Numbered from the stretch's first letter, positions 1 through 8,975 are shown. The stretch is DNA of 20,000 nt from an uncultured virus (IMG/VR IMGVR_UViG_2927790845_000001) (IMGVR_UViG_2927790845_000001:56359-76358); one strand, 5' to 3'. Notes: a model not told the origin generated them from the letters alone. A program made the numbers and translations.

Positions 1-304
1 GAAATCGATTCACAGATTTCTCTAATGACAGATACGTAATTGGTGGAATGTTCGACATCATATTGATTAATCGTGCCCTGCGCAGCTCAATCGAATCATC
101 TGACTCTCGCTGCACCTTGAGCATTCTTTCCCAACGATTCAATCCCCACGTCGCTGTTAAAGGGAAAAATTGATCCGTTACATCAAAAATGGATTCGTCC
201 AATTGTTCAAACTCTGGCGCCTCTGTTTTTAGTAAATGATCCACATCATAAATCTCTGTGAAATAAGGCGGCAAGTAGTTTTTCATTTCATCAAGTTTGC
301 TCAA
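1..304 (-). CDS. xkdU: baseplate/tail protein XkdU (YmfQ/DUF2313-like), 3' end outside the window
   Basis: Hand translation from TTG at 304 gives [35 protein letters not shown]...[13 protein letters not shown]..., open to the window edge. It overlaps the xkdT stop. Not in the ORF track. Confidence 0.85.
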   Translation of the reverse strand, partial: MSKLDEMKNYLPPYFTEIYDVDHLLKTEAPEFEQLDESIFDVTDQFFPLTATWGLNRWERMLKVQRESDDSIELRRARLINMMSNIPPITYLSLEKSVNRF

Positions 305-1337
305 TAACCTTCACCTGCCTCAGACGTGGTATCTCAATGTCCTGTAATACTAAGTTTTTTGACTCCCCATTCAATAAGACGTTTGCATAATCGGACACAC
401 TCTCTGAATGGTACAAAATATCATTTAAGGCGGACATTCGAATCGTACTTTTTTCAAATGCGATTGATTTTAACAGTGCTTTGACCTTTTCTTCTATTTC
501 TTTTTGCGCACCCTCAAGTGTCCAGTCCATCTGAAGTTCGACGGACACTTCTACGTCAATATCCAGCCACTTGGCGCTTTCCACAGTTGCTTTTGAGCCA
601 ATAGGAGCTTGCCCTTCTCCTTCTCCCGGTACAGGATCGATATACTCCTGGACCCTTTTGACAAGAAGCTCAGATGCTACATCTAGATTGCCATCTGTGA
701 TGACAATTTTGACCGTTCCCTCTCCATTCCATAGCGGGAATACTTTCGCTCTGCCGACACCAACCACTTCCTCGGCCCACTTTTTGTAATGTGCTCTGTT
801 GGCACTGACAGCCTCTCGCCTTGCGCGTATTAAATACCGATCGTATAATGACGCATCATCTTCTTCCTCTTGCCCTGGTATCACCAATTCCTTCATGATC
901 ATCGACTCTAGACCCGGAATGGTATCAAGCGATAGCAGCGGCTGACCTGTTAATTGCCCATTGCCGACTGTACCTGTTGTCTCGCATTCTAGTGTACCGT
1001 CCTTTGAAAATTGAAAATAAACATCTTCAATAAAGAATCTTGATCCTGCTGGAATGTTTACGTTCTCTGGTTGAATGGTTACGGACCAGACCGCTTTGGT
1101 GGCTGGCTTTCGTTCAATCCCCACTTCTGCTGCTCGTCGATCTAAAAATTCCCCCTGTGCTGTATCAGCAAAGACAAGCTCAAATACTTGATCAAGCCAA
1201 ATATACGACTGAGCCAGTTCAGCAGCAGCAGGTGCCAAGGCATTCCAAATGACGCTGTTTTCTCTTTTATCTATGTCATCTGGCAGCCTGTCCAGCATTC
1301 TTTCCATCAACGCCTCATACGTTTGCTCCTCAAACAT
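291..1337 (-). CDS. xkdT: baseplate J-like wedge protein XkdT
   Basis: 348 aa with baseplate J-type motifs ([56 protein letters not shown]) and PBSX synteny. Confidence 0.92.
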   Translation of the reverse strand: MFEEQTYEALMERMLDRLPDDIDKRENSVIWNALAPAAAELAQSYIWLDQVFELVFADTAQGEFLDRRAAEVGIERKPATKAVWSVTIQPENVNIPAGSRFFIEDVYFQFSKDGTLECETTGTVGNGQLTGQPLLSLDTIPGLESMIMKELVIPGQEEEDDASLYDRYLIRARREAVSANRAHYKKWAEEVVGVGRAKVFPLWNGEGTVKIVITDGNLDVASELLVKRVQEYIDPVPGEGEGQAPIGSKATVESAKWLDIDVEVSVELQMDWTLEGAQKEIEEKVKALLKSIAFEKSTIRMSALNDILYHSESVSDYANVLLNGESKNLVLQDIEIPRLRQVKVIEQT

Positions 1338-1752
1338 CTCCCTCCATCACCTCCTCTATTTCTAATGTGCCTTCATCTGTGACAATGGCTAGTTTGACTT
1401 GAAAGGCATCATTTTGCTTCGTGACCTCTATCTCTTCAATATGATCAATCCGCTCATCAACGACCAATGCTTCTTCTAGCAATCTTGGAATCTCCATTTC
1501 TTTGTATTCATCTGTTGCTTCTGTATCGGTCAATAGCTCCTGAATTTCAGTACCAATGTCGTGACTGTAAATGGGGTGTGCATAGCGCTCTGTTCGCAAT
1601 GTCATATAAATAAATTGACGGATCGCTTCAATGCCTGTAATGGCTTCATTTGTCAGCCTACCATTTTCAAAATCTATGCGATACGTCGTCGAGGTTTCTA
1701 CCTCTTCGTCTTCTTCTGTTTCCTCGATTTCTTCCTCTGGTGAAAGTGCCAC
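1330..1752 (-). CDS. xkdS: baseplate protein XkdS (DUF2634 / gp25-like)
   Basis: Motifs [11 protein letters not shown] and [16 protein letters not shown]. Start moved to GTG 1752 (MALSPE), 8 nt after GGAGG at 1761-1765. Confidence 0.88.
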   Translation of the reverse strand: MALSPEEEIEETEEDEEVETSTTYRIDFENGRLTNEAITGIEAIRQFIYMTLRTERYAHPIYSHDIGTEIQELLTDTEATDEYKEMEIPRLLEEALVVDERIDHIEEIEVTKQNDAFQVKLAIVTDEGTLEIEEVMEGDV

Positions 1753-1766
1753 ATTCATCACCTCCC

Positions 1767-2033
1767 TTACAATTTGTCGATGATGTAAAAGGACTGCCCT
1801 CCTGCCATTGCAAGTACCATAATGCTGTCTCCCTTTTTCAACTCATCATCCTCACCCTTATTTAAGCGTTTAGGCCAAATAAGCAGTTCTTCTGGAATGA
1901 TCAGCTTACTATTTTCATTTAATCGGATGTGAAGAGGCGAAGCCATTGTGACCTCTCCAATCACCAGATCAATTGGAGAAGCTGCATCTACTGCATTGAC
2001 AGCGAGTCGTTTAATTGCTTCACTTAATCTCAT
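1767..2033 (-). CDS. xkdR: baseplate spike-associated protein XkdR (DUF2577)
   Basis: 88 aa, [17 protein letters not shown]...[24 protein letters not shown]; synteny. Confidence 0.88.
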   Translation of the reverse strand: MRLSEAIKRLAVNAVDAASPIDLVIGEVTMASPLHIRLNENSKLIIPEELLIWPKRLNKGEDDELKKGDSIMVLAMAGGQSFYIIDKL

Positions 2034-3040
2034 GCTTGATCACCCTTTGGCATGGAATTTTTCTCAACGACGTCAATTGTCATGGTGTGCTTCACTCCAT
2101 TGAATTCATGTTTGTCTTGATCGATCCAGTAGGTTTTTTTGATGTTGATTTCAGGGATTTTCAAATAGATTGGCAGACCGCTTTGCAGTTCAGGGATTCC
2201 TAGTGCTTGTATGCTTTTCACTTCTTGTTTGACGCCTTTTTTTTCAGCTAGACGTACTTTCGCTCTTTTTTGAAGCTGCGGCTGGTTGATTTGACCTGTG
2301 ACCGTCTCCACATGCTGTAAAATGCCGTACTGACTCTGACCCGCTTTGTCCTGTTCGATCACCACAATATCTGATTTGCTACCTTTTTTCTTATTCTTCC
2401 CCTGTTCGTCTACAGACGTGCGCATCTTCACACGTGTTGCTGTCTCTTCAATGGAGGTGCTGTACTGATAACCGATGAGGTTGACGCCTGATTCAATGAC
2501 CCACACGTCCTCTGGATCGGGCCAAGCTCTCAGTCCCATCTTGCCTTTAGCAGAATAAATTTGATAATTTCTACCGGTTTGCCGCTTCGTTTCTTTCAAT
2601 GCTTTTAAAATGATGTCATATAAACTCGTGTCATTTTTAAAAACGAGAGACTTCATGACATGTCCTGTATTTGCGATGGATGTCATAGGAATTTGAAAGT
2701 CTGCCCCGATCCGCCTCAAAATTTGATCTGCCCGTTGATTTGAAAAAACATATACATCTTGGTTTTTCACTAAATATTGGAGCATATCGTATGCGGTAAA
2801 GGTCAGCTTTCCTTCAACAGGCGTCCTAGAAAACACGATGCCTCTGAACAGCTCTTTTCCTTTCCATTTAAAAAGAACCGTGTCTCCTTCTGAGACACGG
2901 TAATATGTTTGACTGCCTTGCTTTGTGATAATATTCGCCTGAATAGAGCGAGGGGCCTGATACCTTTGCCCCTGAAGTGTCACACTCTCTGTGACAAGCT
3001 CATACATCGTGCCGCTTCTGATGGCAAAAAGCTCAATCAA
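2030..3040 (-). CDS. xkdQ: baseplate hub protein XkdQ
   Basis: Motif FTAYDMLQYLVKNQDVYVF. Start moved to TTG 3040 (MIELFAIRSG), just downstream of a G-rich RBS at the xkdP stop. Confidence 0.88.
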   Translation of the reverse strand: MIELFAIRSGTMYELVTESVTLQGQRYQAPRSIQANIITKQGSQTYYRVSEGDTVLFKWKGKELFRGIVFSRTPVEGKLTFTAYDMLQYLVKNQDVYVFSNQRADQILRRIGADFQIPMTSIANTGHVMKSLVFKNDTSLYDIILKALKETKRQTGRNYQIYSAKGKMGLRAWPDPEDVWVIESGVNLIGYQYSTSIEETATRVKMRTSVDEQGKNKKKGSKSDIVVIEQDKAGQSQYGILQHVETVTGQINQPQLQKRAKVRLAEKKGVKQEVKSIQALGIPELQSGLPIYLKIPEINIKKTYWIDQDKHEFNGVKHTMTIDVVEKNSMPKGDQA

Positions 3041-3051
3041 TGTCAGCCCCC

Positions 3052-3720
3052 CTATTGTGGTATTTTCAATTTTTGCCCTGGAAAAATCCAATGTCCCGGC
3101 TGTTTAATATTCCGTTTACTTCGTTTGATCATCGCTGCTTTATTGGCATTCCAAATACGCCGCCATTTTGTACTATCGCCATAAAAACGGCCTGAAATGG
3201 CCCACAGAGTATCTCCCTTTTTGACAGTGTACAATTTTGGTGGTGTTTTTGAGGGTCTTTTCTTTTTGGTTTGTTTCGCTTTTTTCTTTCGTTTGATTTT
3301 CCTAGGCGATGCGGTTTTATATTCCTTTAACTCGATCGTAAATTCACGATCCCCTATGTCATAAGACCCTTCCTTGTGTGTGAAGCTCTCAATGCTGCAC
3401 GTCATGTTGATTTTAGTCCCTGTCACAATCAGTCGCACAGACTTCTTTGAACGCATCATTCGTTCAATTTTCGCTATTGCATTCTCTGGTGATGGAATGC
3501 TTTTATATTCAGCAATTGGCGAATATTTCTTAGGAAATAATGAGGTGAATGATACTTGTTTAGCCGATGGTACATCAATAAAAGTCAGTTCTCCAAAGGA
3601 GGAGACCTTCACTGTTTCATTTTGTACGTTATTTGTAATCTCAAGTTCGGATGGAAGCACAGGGAATCGCAACTTCTCCTTGCCTTGGGAAATCCACAAT
3701 TGATACACTGATTTACCCAT
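3052..3720 (-). CDS. xkdP: LysM-domain tail tube initiator-like protein XkdP
   Basis: C-terminal LysM motif [30 protein letters not shown]...[10 protein letters not shown]; follows the tape measure gene. Confidence 0.92.
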   Translation of the reverse strand: MGKSVYQLWISQGKEKLRFPVLPSELEITNNVQNETVKVSSFGELTFIDVPSAKQVSFTSLFPKKYSPIAEYKSIPSPENAIAKIERMMRSKKSVRLIVTGTKINMTCSIESFTHKEGSYDIGDREFTIELKEYKTASPRKIKRKKKAKQTKKKRPSKTPPKLYTVKKGDTLWAISGRFYGDSTKWRRIWNANKAAMIKRSKRNIKQPGHWIFPGQKLKIPQ

Positions 3721-6700
3721 CGATCACGACCCCTTTCGTTCCTGTCTGAAGCTCTACTTCCAGTTCGTCTACAAGCATTTGTCTAATTTTTTCGACAAGC
3801 GATTGCTGATCCTGTCCATTATGGAAATGCTGATCACCATTGAACTGGATGGTGATTTGTTTATTGCCTGACGTTGTTGCAGTCCCAGCTGGCTGTGCTG
3901 AGGTGACTTGCTGCATCTGTGATTCTGGTAAAGGAGCAGATGCATTTGATGGATCATAGACTTGCATCCCAAGTGCCTTTGCTGCCTGCGTCAATAAATA
4001 TCTCCCGCGAATGCCTCTTTCTTCTGGAATAATCCATTCGCGTTTGTTTCCTTCACCGACTCTAGCTACCTGCTCCTGAGTAATCAGACCGCCATTGGCG
4101 TAGCCTTTATAAGGACCGCCTCTTCTCATACTCCGTAATCCCGGTGTATTGAAGACTGTTCCATATCTGCCCTTAATGTAGTTAATGGCTGCTACGGCAT
4201 TATGAATTGGGTTCCAAATATCATTCATGCCCTTGCCTTTATTGGAATGGAAGGTCGGTCCAATGGTTTGCATTAACCCTTTAGAAGGCGTTCCCTTCTT
4301 GGCGTTGGAATCCCACAAGTTGATGGCTTTCGGGTTACCATTTGATTCGTGCTGAGCGATTGTCATAAGACCTGGAAGCCAGCTCATCGATGTGCCAGTC
4401 GCCATCAGAGCTGCCATGAGCCATTGCTGAACACTAAGACCTGAAGCACCCATACCGCTGAACGCTCCGATTAATGAACCCGCTTGATTTTCAGCAAACT
4501 TTTTCACATCAACTGAATCGAGCCCTTTGACGACACCGATCGATGCGAATTTCCCTAGACTCATCATGACACGCGAAGGAGAATGAATGTCTAGTTCTTC
4601 TCTAAACGCCTGTTCCACTTTCTTCGCCATTTCTTTGGCAGCTTGTGTGACTTCACTTGCTTTTGAACGCATGCCGCTATTGAAGGCGTCGATCATTCCT
4701 GAACCCCATCCTGGTGATTCTTGTTTGGCTTGCAGGAATGGTTGTTTGACGTGTTGGTCTACGTATTGGCTTGTGCCAGTAGATGTCATGTTTTGACCTG
4801 AAGCAAAGCCAGCAACAGTTTGTGAACCATAAACCGAAGAAGCTGCTTGAATTTGATTAAATGGTTGGTCAATATTGGCTTGTTTCCACTGATTAAGAGA
4901 AATTTTATTACTATTCATCCCCTTCTCAAAATCAGAAGTAAATTCTTTTCCATAACTAACGCCACTTTCGGAGTTGTTCATTGATATTGAACCTCTTCCA
5001 GATAAAGAAACAGATGAGGTTACGTCTGTCCTCTGCTTAGCTGAGACATTCGATGAAGCCAAATTACTAGCGCTTTTTGGCACAACATTCATCCCAAGGT
5101 GAGTTGCTGCTTGAGCAAGTAACATCTTCCCTCGACCTCTATTGTTTTCCGTTGGAATAACAAACTCCTTGCCCGCTTCCCCTATCCAAGAAAGCATAGG
5201 TTTAGTAATATACCCCCCAGTAGCTTTATGACCAACCTGATTTAAACCGGTTTTCTCTTCGCCTTTACCTATGAAAAATTCTATTACTCCGCCGCCTATT
5301 TCTTTTGCTTTATCTACTATTCTACCAATAAAACCAAACATTTTTTCCCACGTTTCTGTTAGTTCCTCAGCATGTTTCTTTAATGGCTCAAAGACATTTT
5401 TATTGAACCAATCACTCACTGTTTCCCAAACACCTTTGATCGTTTCCCAAACTGATTTAAACGTTTCCCAAACAAATTTTATTGCTGGTTCTGCATATTT
5501 TTGATACGGTTGCCATACGTTTTCATCAAACCAAGTAGAGAGTTTTTCCCATGTAGTTTTAATCCAGTTCCATGTATTTTGAAACAAATTCCACACAAAA
5601 GTAATGGCTGGCAATGCATATGTTTTAAACGGTGTCCAAACATATTCATTAAACCATTCAGAAAATGCACTCCATGTTTCTTGAATCCAGTTCCACGTTT
5701 CAACAAGTTTGTTCCATACCCAGCCAATTGCTTCTATCGCATATTGACCGAATGGGTCCCAAACATTTGTTAAAAACCATTCAGAGAAAACACCCCATGT
5801 TTCTTGAATCCAGTTCCACGTTTCAACAAGCTTGTTCCATACCCAGCCAATTGCTTCTATCGCATATTGACCGAATGGGTCCCAAACATTTGTTAAAAAC
5901 CATTCAGAAAAAATACCCCATGTTTCCTGAATCCAGTTCCATGTGTCAACAAGTTTATTCCACACCCAACCAATTGCTTCTATCGCATATTGGCCAAATG
6001 GTTCCCAAACATAATCCATGAACCATTTTGATGCTACTGCCCAAATATTTTTGATAATTGTCCATGCAACATCAAATACGCCAACTACAAAATTGATAAT
6101 CGGAACTGAAAAATTATAAATAGGCAGCCAAACTTTTTCCATGAACCAAGAAGAAAGTTGTCCCCATTTTTCAGTGATCCAATTCCATGTCTCACCGAAG
6201 AATGTTGTAATAGGAGTTAATACATTATTATTGATCCATCCTGAAACTTTGTTCCAAGTATCTTTAATCCAATTAACTGCATTTTCAGCACCTTTGACAA
6301 TGTCATCCCATTTTTTCTTCAAGGTTCCGTCATCAAACATCTTTCCGACCCATTTTCCTAAACCTTCACCTAAAATGCTTCCTAAAATTCCGCCGATTGC
6401 TGTTCCAATACCTGGTGCAATCATTGTTCCTATCGCGGCACCACCCATACCACCAGCAATGCCCCCGCCGAATCCTCCTACTTTTTCACCTACATTTTCT
6501 TTTGTTGTGCCAATTAATTCTGTTGCACTAAGTAAAGGCCCAAGTATGGGTACTTTTTTTAATAACTTGCCTGCACCTTTACCTAAATTTTTAAATGTAT
6601 CTCCTAAGCCTTTTAGCTTATCAGTATCTTTGAATATCCCAGCGAGACCAGCTATAGCCATAATACCTGGAATTTTTTTGGTTAAACTGCCTAATTTAGT

Positions 6701-7852
6701 TGGAGATTTTTTATTCTTTTCAACCCTCGTAGTTCCAGTTGGATTATTCGGTTTGTTTTTCGGACCATTTCTATTATCTGTTTGGGTAGTTCCAGTTGGA
6801 TTTAAACCTTTTGCACAACAAGAACAGCAGCTTATTTTAAATAAACCTTTTCCGTTTTGCGTTTGGTCTGAGTTCTGGTTACCCAACTGACCTGGTGAAG
6901 TATTATTATTAGACCCATCCGAGTTATTTGAAGGGTTTTTCGGACCAAGGATCAAATCTAATCCTTTGTTAAACCATTTATCTAGATACTCTTCAGGATT
7001 GATTTTAATTTTCTCACGAATTCGTCCGATTACTTCTTGCTTGTATTCGTCTATTTTCGTTTCAATCCAAGGTAGCGCCTTTTCATCCCAAAATTTCCTA
7101 GGGCTTAATTTTTCCTTCAATTTATCTGAGACGTCACCTGCATATTTTTCAATTTCTTTTAACGCCTTGTTCCCCAAATTCCCCAGCCAGCTTTGTTTGT
7201 TTTCCTGCGTTTTTGTAGCAGCTGTCGCATTAGTTTTCTTTTTGATTTTCTTTTCTTTCACAACTGACTCTGCCTGATCTCGTTTTTTCAACTTACTCTT
7301 TGCATTGTCTTGAACAGACACTCTGATCTCATGTTTAGCCATTGTCAAGCTTTTGAGTGTCTTTTTGATTCGTTGAATGGCAGCGGTGGCTTGGTCAACC
7401 ATGTTTAATCTCATATAGTACGTTCTGTTCATGAGCTGAAGGATTGATTTTTTGATTGATGACATTTTTCCTGACAACTGATCATTCAGTTTGAACGTCA
7501 GCAGGATTGGACTTGCTTGTGATTGTTTCAAGCGATCTATACTGGATTTAATGACATCTAGTCCTTTTGCTTGAATGGTTATGACCATCTGTTTCGGTAT
7601 CATGTTCAGCTGGTTTGTTAATGATTTGAGATCACGATAGATTCCTTGATCTAGCTTCATGGATAATACAGATAACCTTCTAATCGATAAATTGAGGTTC
7701 CTTAGCTTCTTTTCATCCATTTCCAGGCTTATTTTCACCGGTTTTCTAAATGGTTTGAGCTGCTTCTCAAACGTTTGAAATCGTTTTTGAATGCGCAACA
7801 GCTTCTTTGATACTTTGTCTTCTAATTCAAATCGTGCAGTGAGCTTCGCCAG
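3713..7852 (-). CDS. xkdO: tape measure protein XkdO with Trp-rich repeats and a C-terminal lytic transglycosylase (SLT) domain; probable CTG start
   Basis: Longest ORF, located after the tail chaperone. SLT motif [31 protein letters not shown]. The frame is open back to CTG at 7852 ([18 protein letters not shown]), with AAAGGAGG 8 nt upstream. Confidence 0.92.
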   Translation of the reverse strand: MAKLTARFELEDKVSKKLLRIQKRFQTFEKQLKPFRKPVKISLEMDEKKLRNLNLSIRRLSVLSMKLDQGIYRDLKSLTNQLNMIPKQMVITIQAKGLDVIKSSIDRLKQSQASPILLTFKLNDQLSGKMSSIKKSILQLMNRTYYMRLNMVDQATAAIQRIKKTLKSLTMAKHEIRVSVQDNAKSKLKKRDQAESVVKEKKIKKKTNATAATKTQENKQSWLGNLGNKALKEIEKYAGDVSDKLKEKLSPRKFWDEKALPWIETKIDEYKQEVIGRIREKIKINPEEYLDKWFNKGLDLILGPKNPSNNSDGSNNNTSPGQLGNQNSDQTQNGKGLFKISCCSCCAKGLNPTGTTQTDNRNGPKNKPNNPTGTTRVEKNKKSPTKLGSLTKKIPGIMAIAGLAGIFKDTDKLKGLGDTFKNLGKGAGKLLKKVPILGPLLSATELIGTTKENVGEKVGGFGGGIAGGMGGAAIGTMIAPGIGTAIGGILGSILGEGLGKWVGKMFDDGTLKKKWDDIVKGAENAVNWIKDTWNKVSGWINNNVLTPITTFFGETWNWITEKWGQLSSWFMEKVWLPIYNFSVPIINFVVGVFDVAWTIIKNIWAVASKWFMDYVWEPFGQYAIEAIGWVWNKLVDTWNWIQETWGIFSEWFLTNVWDPFGQYAIEAIGWVWNKLVETWNWIQETWGVFSEWFLTNVWDPFGQYAIEAIGWVWNKLVETWNWIQETWSAFSEWFNEYVWTPFKTYALPAITFVWNLFQNTWNWIKTTWEKLSTWFDENVWQPYQKYAEPAIKFVWETFKSVWETIKGVWETVSDWFNKNVFEPLKKHAEELTETWEKMFGFIGRIVDKAKEIGGGVIEFFIGKGEEKTGLNQVGHKATGGYITKPMLSWIGEAGKEFVIPTENNRGRGKMLLAQAATHLGMNVVPKSASNLASSNVSAKQRTDVTSSVSLSGRGSISMNNSESGVSYGKEFTSDFEKGMNSNKISLNQWKQANIDQPFNQIQAASSVYGSQTVAGFASGQNMTSTGTSQYVDQHVKQPFLQAKQESPGWGSGMIDAFNSGMRSKASEVTQAAKEMAKKVEQAFREELDIHSPSRVMMSLGKFASIGVVKGLDSVDVKKFAENQAGSLIGAFSGMGASGLSVQQWLMAALMATGTSMSWLPGLMTIAQHESNGNPKAINLWDSNAKKGTPSKGLMQTIGPTFHSNKGKGMNDIWNPIHNAVAAINYIKGRYGTVFNTPGLRSMRRGGPYKGYANGGLITQEQVARVGEGNKREWIIPEERGIRGRYLLTQAAKALGMQVYDPSNASAPLPESQMQQVTSAQPAGTATTSGNKQITIQFNGDQHFHNGQDQQSLVEKIRQMLVDELEVELQTGTKGVVIDG
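5651..6019. repeat. three near-identical 123-bp tandem repeats (41 aa) inside xkdO
   Basis: aaaccattcaga recurs at 5651, 5774 and 5897 (period 123). The protein unit is [41 protein letters not shown]. Confidence 0.92.
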
Positions 7853-7853
7853 T

Positions 7854-8009
7854 TTATTTCCCTCCTTTCTTTGCTTCTTTTTCTAGCATGTCGAGTTTGT
7901 AGCTGATGAGTCCGAATAAGAATGCCTTAAATTGTCTTGGTGCTTCGTATAAATCGAGGAGTTCTGATGGAGAATAGTGAAGCTCATGCATGGCGTAATA
8001 TAAAAACAC
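7854..8009 (-). CDS. xkzB: tail assembly chaperone C-terminal extension (XkzB-like), probably expressed by -1 frameshift from xkdN
   Basis: The -1 frame relative to xkdN is open from 8042 to TAA 7856-7854: KKLIKDGDKEAVFLYYAMHELHYSPSELLDLYEAPRQFKAFLFGLISYKLDMLEKEAKKGGK. GTG at 8009 is an alternative start. Not in the ORF track. Confidence 0.82.
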   Translation of the reverse strand: MFLYYAMHELHYSPSELLDLYEAPRQFKAFLFGLISYKLDMLEKEAKKGGK

Positions 8010-8032
8010 CGCTTCCTTATCCCCATCTTTTA

Positions 8033-8473
8033 TTAGTTTTTTGCTGCTTCTTCTAAATCTTCAATTTCGTCTTCAAATCCATTGATTTCAATCGCTTTGT
8101 TTAACCAGTTTGCATATTCACCGCCGACAGATAAAACACGTTTTGCAACTTCAACTGGATCTTGTGTGCTGTAGGCTTCTCTTAATTCCTTTGAGCGGAA
8201 ATCTGGATAAATCGTCGATTCAATGGCAATTCGTGCATAGAAGCGCTGGCTGTCTAAGTCTTTTACGCGGCCTCTGCCTTTGACATTTTTGAACGTGGTG
8301 TTTTCTTTTTCCAGTTCATCAATACGTTCCGTGGTAATCGCTTTGAAGACAAAAGGAATGACATTCCCTTTTTTATCAACAAAACGCTTAGAAATTGGTA
8401 CTTTGACCTCTTCTGCTTCTACTGTTTGTCCTGGCATAAAAAATGAAAGATCAAATGTTTGTTTTTCGCTCAT
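8033..8473 (-). CDS. xkdN: tail assembly chaperone XkdN
   Basis: Likely start is ATG 8473 (MSEKQTFDLSFFM) after an AAGGGAG RBS; 146 aa; lies between the tube and tape measure genes. Confidence 0.9.
   Translation of the reverse strand: MSEKQTFDLSFFMPGQTVEAEEVKVPISKRFVDKKGNVIPFVFKAITTERIDELEKENTTFKNVKGRGRVKDLDSQRFYARIAIESTIYPDFRSKELREAYSTQDPVEVAKRVLSVGGEYANWLNKAIEINGFEDEIEDLEEAAKN
8036..8042 (-). other. programmed -1 ribosomal frameshift slippery heptamer A AAA AAC
   Basis: xkdN ends GCA AAA AAC TAA (X XXY YYZ pattern). The -1 frame stays open for 60 more codons, ending just before xkdO. This is the lambda G/GT-type arrangement. Confidence 0.8.
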
Positions 8474-8510
8474 GTTTAAAAACTCCCTTTTGTTTGTTTT
8501 TTTTGAATAC

Positions 8511-8541
8511 AAAAAAGCACATCCATTTTTGAATGTGCTTT
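8511..8541 (-). terminator. intrinsic terminator-like hairpin (minus strand) just upstream of xkdN
   Basis: Minus strand reads AAAGCACATTC-AAAAAT-GGATGTGCTTT-TTT: an inverted repeat followed by a U-tract. Confidence 0.6.
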
Positions 8542-8561
8542 CCAATCTTTTCATGTATAAT
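8530..8561 (+). promoter_or_regulatory. putative sigma-A promoter of the type I toxin mRNA
   Basis: Perfect TATAAT at 8556-8561, about 70 nt upstream of the toxin ATG. The -35 element is weak or not obvious. Confidence 0.55.
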
Positions 8562-8631
8562 TGAGAACGTACAATTGAACGGCTTGCTCAAGGGCGTCTG
8601 GCTCATCCCCGATAGGAAGGGGGTGATGCTC

Positions 8632-8715
8632 ATGTCAACATTCCAAGCACTGATGTTAATGCTTGCTTTCGGGTCATTTATCATTGCCCTGTTGACATAT
8701 ATAGACAAAAAATAG
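8632..8715 (+). CDS. type I toxin-antitoxin toxin, BsrE/BsrH-like holin-like membrane peptide (27 aa)
   Basis: MSTFQALMLMLAFGSFIIALLTYIDKK has one hydrophobic helix and a Lys tail, and closely matches B. subtilis BsrE/BsrH as I recall them. A strong SD AAGGGGGTGA (8617-8626) precedes ATG 8632. Confidence 0.9.
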   Translation: MSTFQALMLMLAFGSFIIALLTYIDKK

Positions 8716-8755
8716 ACTCCCCCTTGAGCTTTGGTAGGTGAAAGGGAAAGTCTAT
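8707..8755 (-). terminator. intrinsic terminator of the antitoxin RNA
   Basis: Minus strand ATAGACTTTCCCTT...AAGGGGGAGTCTAT (14 bp, 2 G-U pairs) followed by TTTTT. Confidence 0.8.
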
Positions 8756-8807
8756 CCTGAACATCCTATTCGATTGGCCAGCCCCTTGAAGAGCCTCATT
8801 GTACATT

Positions 8808-8839
8808 GCCGGGATGTTAGCGCATCCTGGCTTCTTTTT
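8808..8839 (+). terminator. intrinsic terminator of the toxin mRNA
   Basis: GCCGGGATG-ttagcg-CATCCTGGC followed by TTCTTTTT. Confidence 0.85.
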
Positions 8840-8932
8840 ATTGTATGCAAATCTCTTTGCATGTAAACATAATTTTGTGTGTCATTTATTGCAATGTGCA
8901 TTACAAATGCATTCATTTTTCATTACATTTGC

Positions 8933-8975
8933 ATTATAGCATATTTGGTTTTTATTTAGCTAATTAATTAGCTAA
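8933..8975 (-). promoter_or_regulatory. putative antitoxin promoter (extended -10) with a 20-bp palindrome over the -35 region
   Basis: TGCTATAAT on the minus strand (8941-8933); TTAGCTAATTAATTAGCTAA at 8956-8975. Confidence 0.65.

Larger units (their letters stand above)
8707..8926 (-). ncRNA. putative cis-antisense antitoxin RNA (as-BsrH/SR5/RatA-like), about 220 nt
   Basis: Minus-strand extended -10 TGcTATAAT at 8941-8933 and a minus-strand terminator at 8755-8707. It overlaps the 3' ~130 nt of the toxin mRNA, the convergent layout of Bacillus type I systems. Ends are inferred. Confidence 0.75.

Noticed and set aside
571..3703. Short + strand ORFs opposite the baseplate genes
   Set aside because: All overlap well-supported minus-strand genes, with no RBS or promoter support.
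5479..6021. Several short ORFs with repeated peptides, and a possible CRISPR-like array
   Set aside because: These are shadows of the 123-bp coding repeats in xkdO. The units are contiguous, in frame and lack unique spacers, so this is not a CRISPR array.
6141..6890. 249-aa + strand ORF
   Set aside because: Entirely antisense to xkdO. Its Pro/Phe-rich composition mirrors the Gly/Lys codons of the real gene, and there is no clear RBS.
8474..8554. N-terminal extension of xkdN in the ORF track
   Set aside because: It runs through a terminator hairpin; the RBS supports ATG 8473.
8533..8631. N-terminal extension of the toxin ORF to 60 aa
   Set aside because: The upstream ATG lies before the TATAAT box, and the strong SD sits just ahead of ATG 8632.
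8451..8708. 85-aa minus-strand ORF antisense to the toxin (possible protein antitoxin)
   Set aside because: It starts in the U-tract of the antitoxin terminator, crosses another terminator and is out of frame with xkdN. An RNA antitoxin explains the locus better.
8841..8932. Short TGCA-containing inverted and direct repeats
   Set aside because: Best explained as stem-loops in the 5' part of the antitoxin RNA rather than a separate repeat element.
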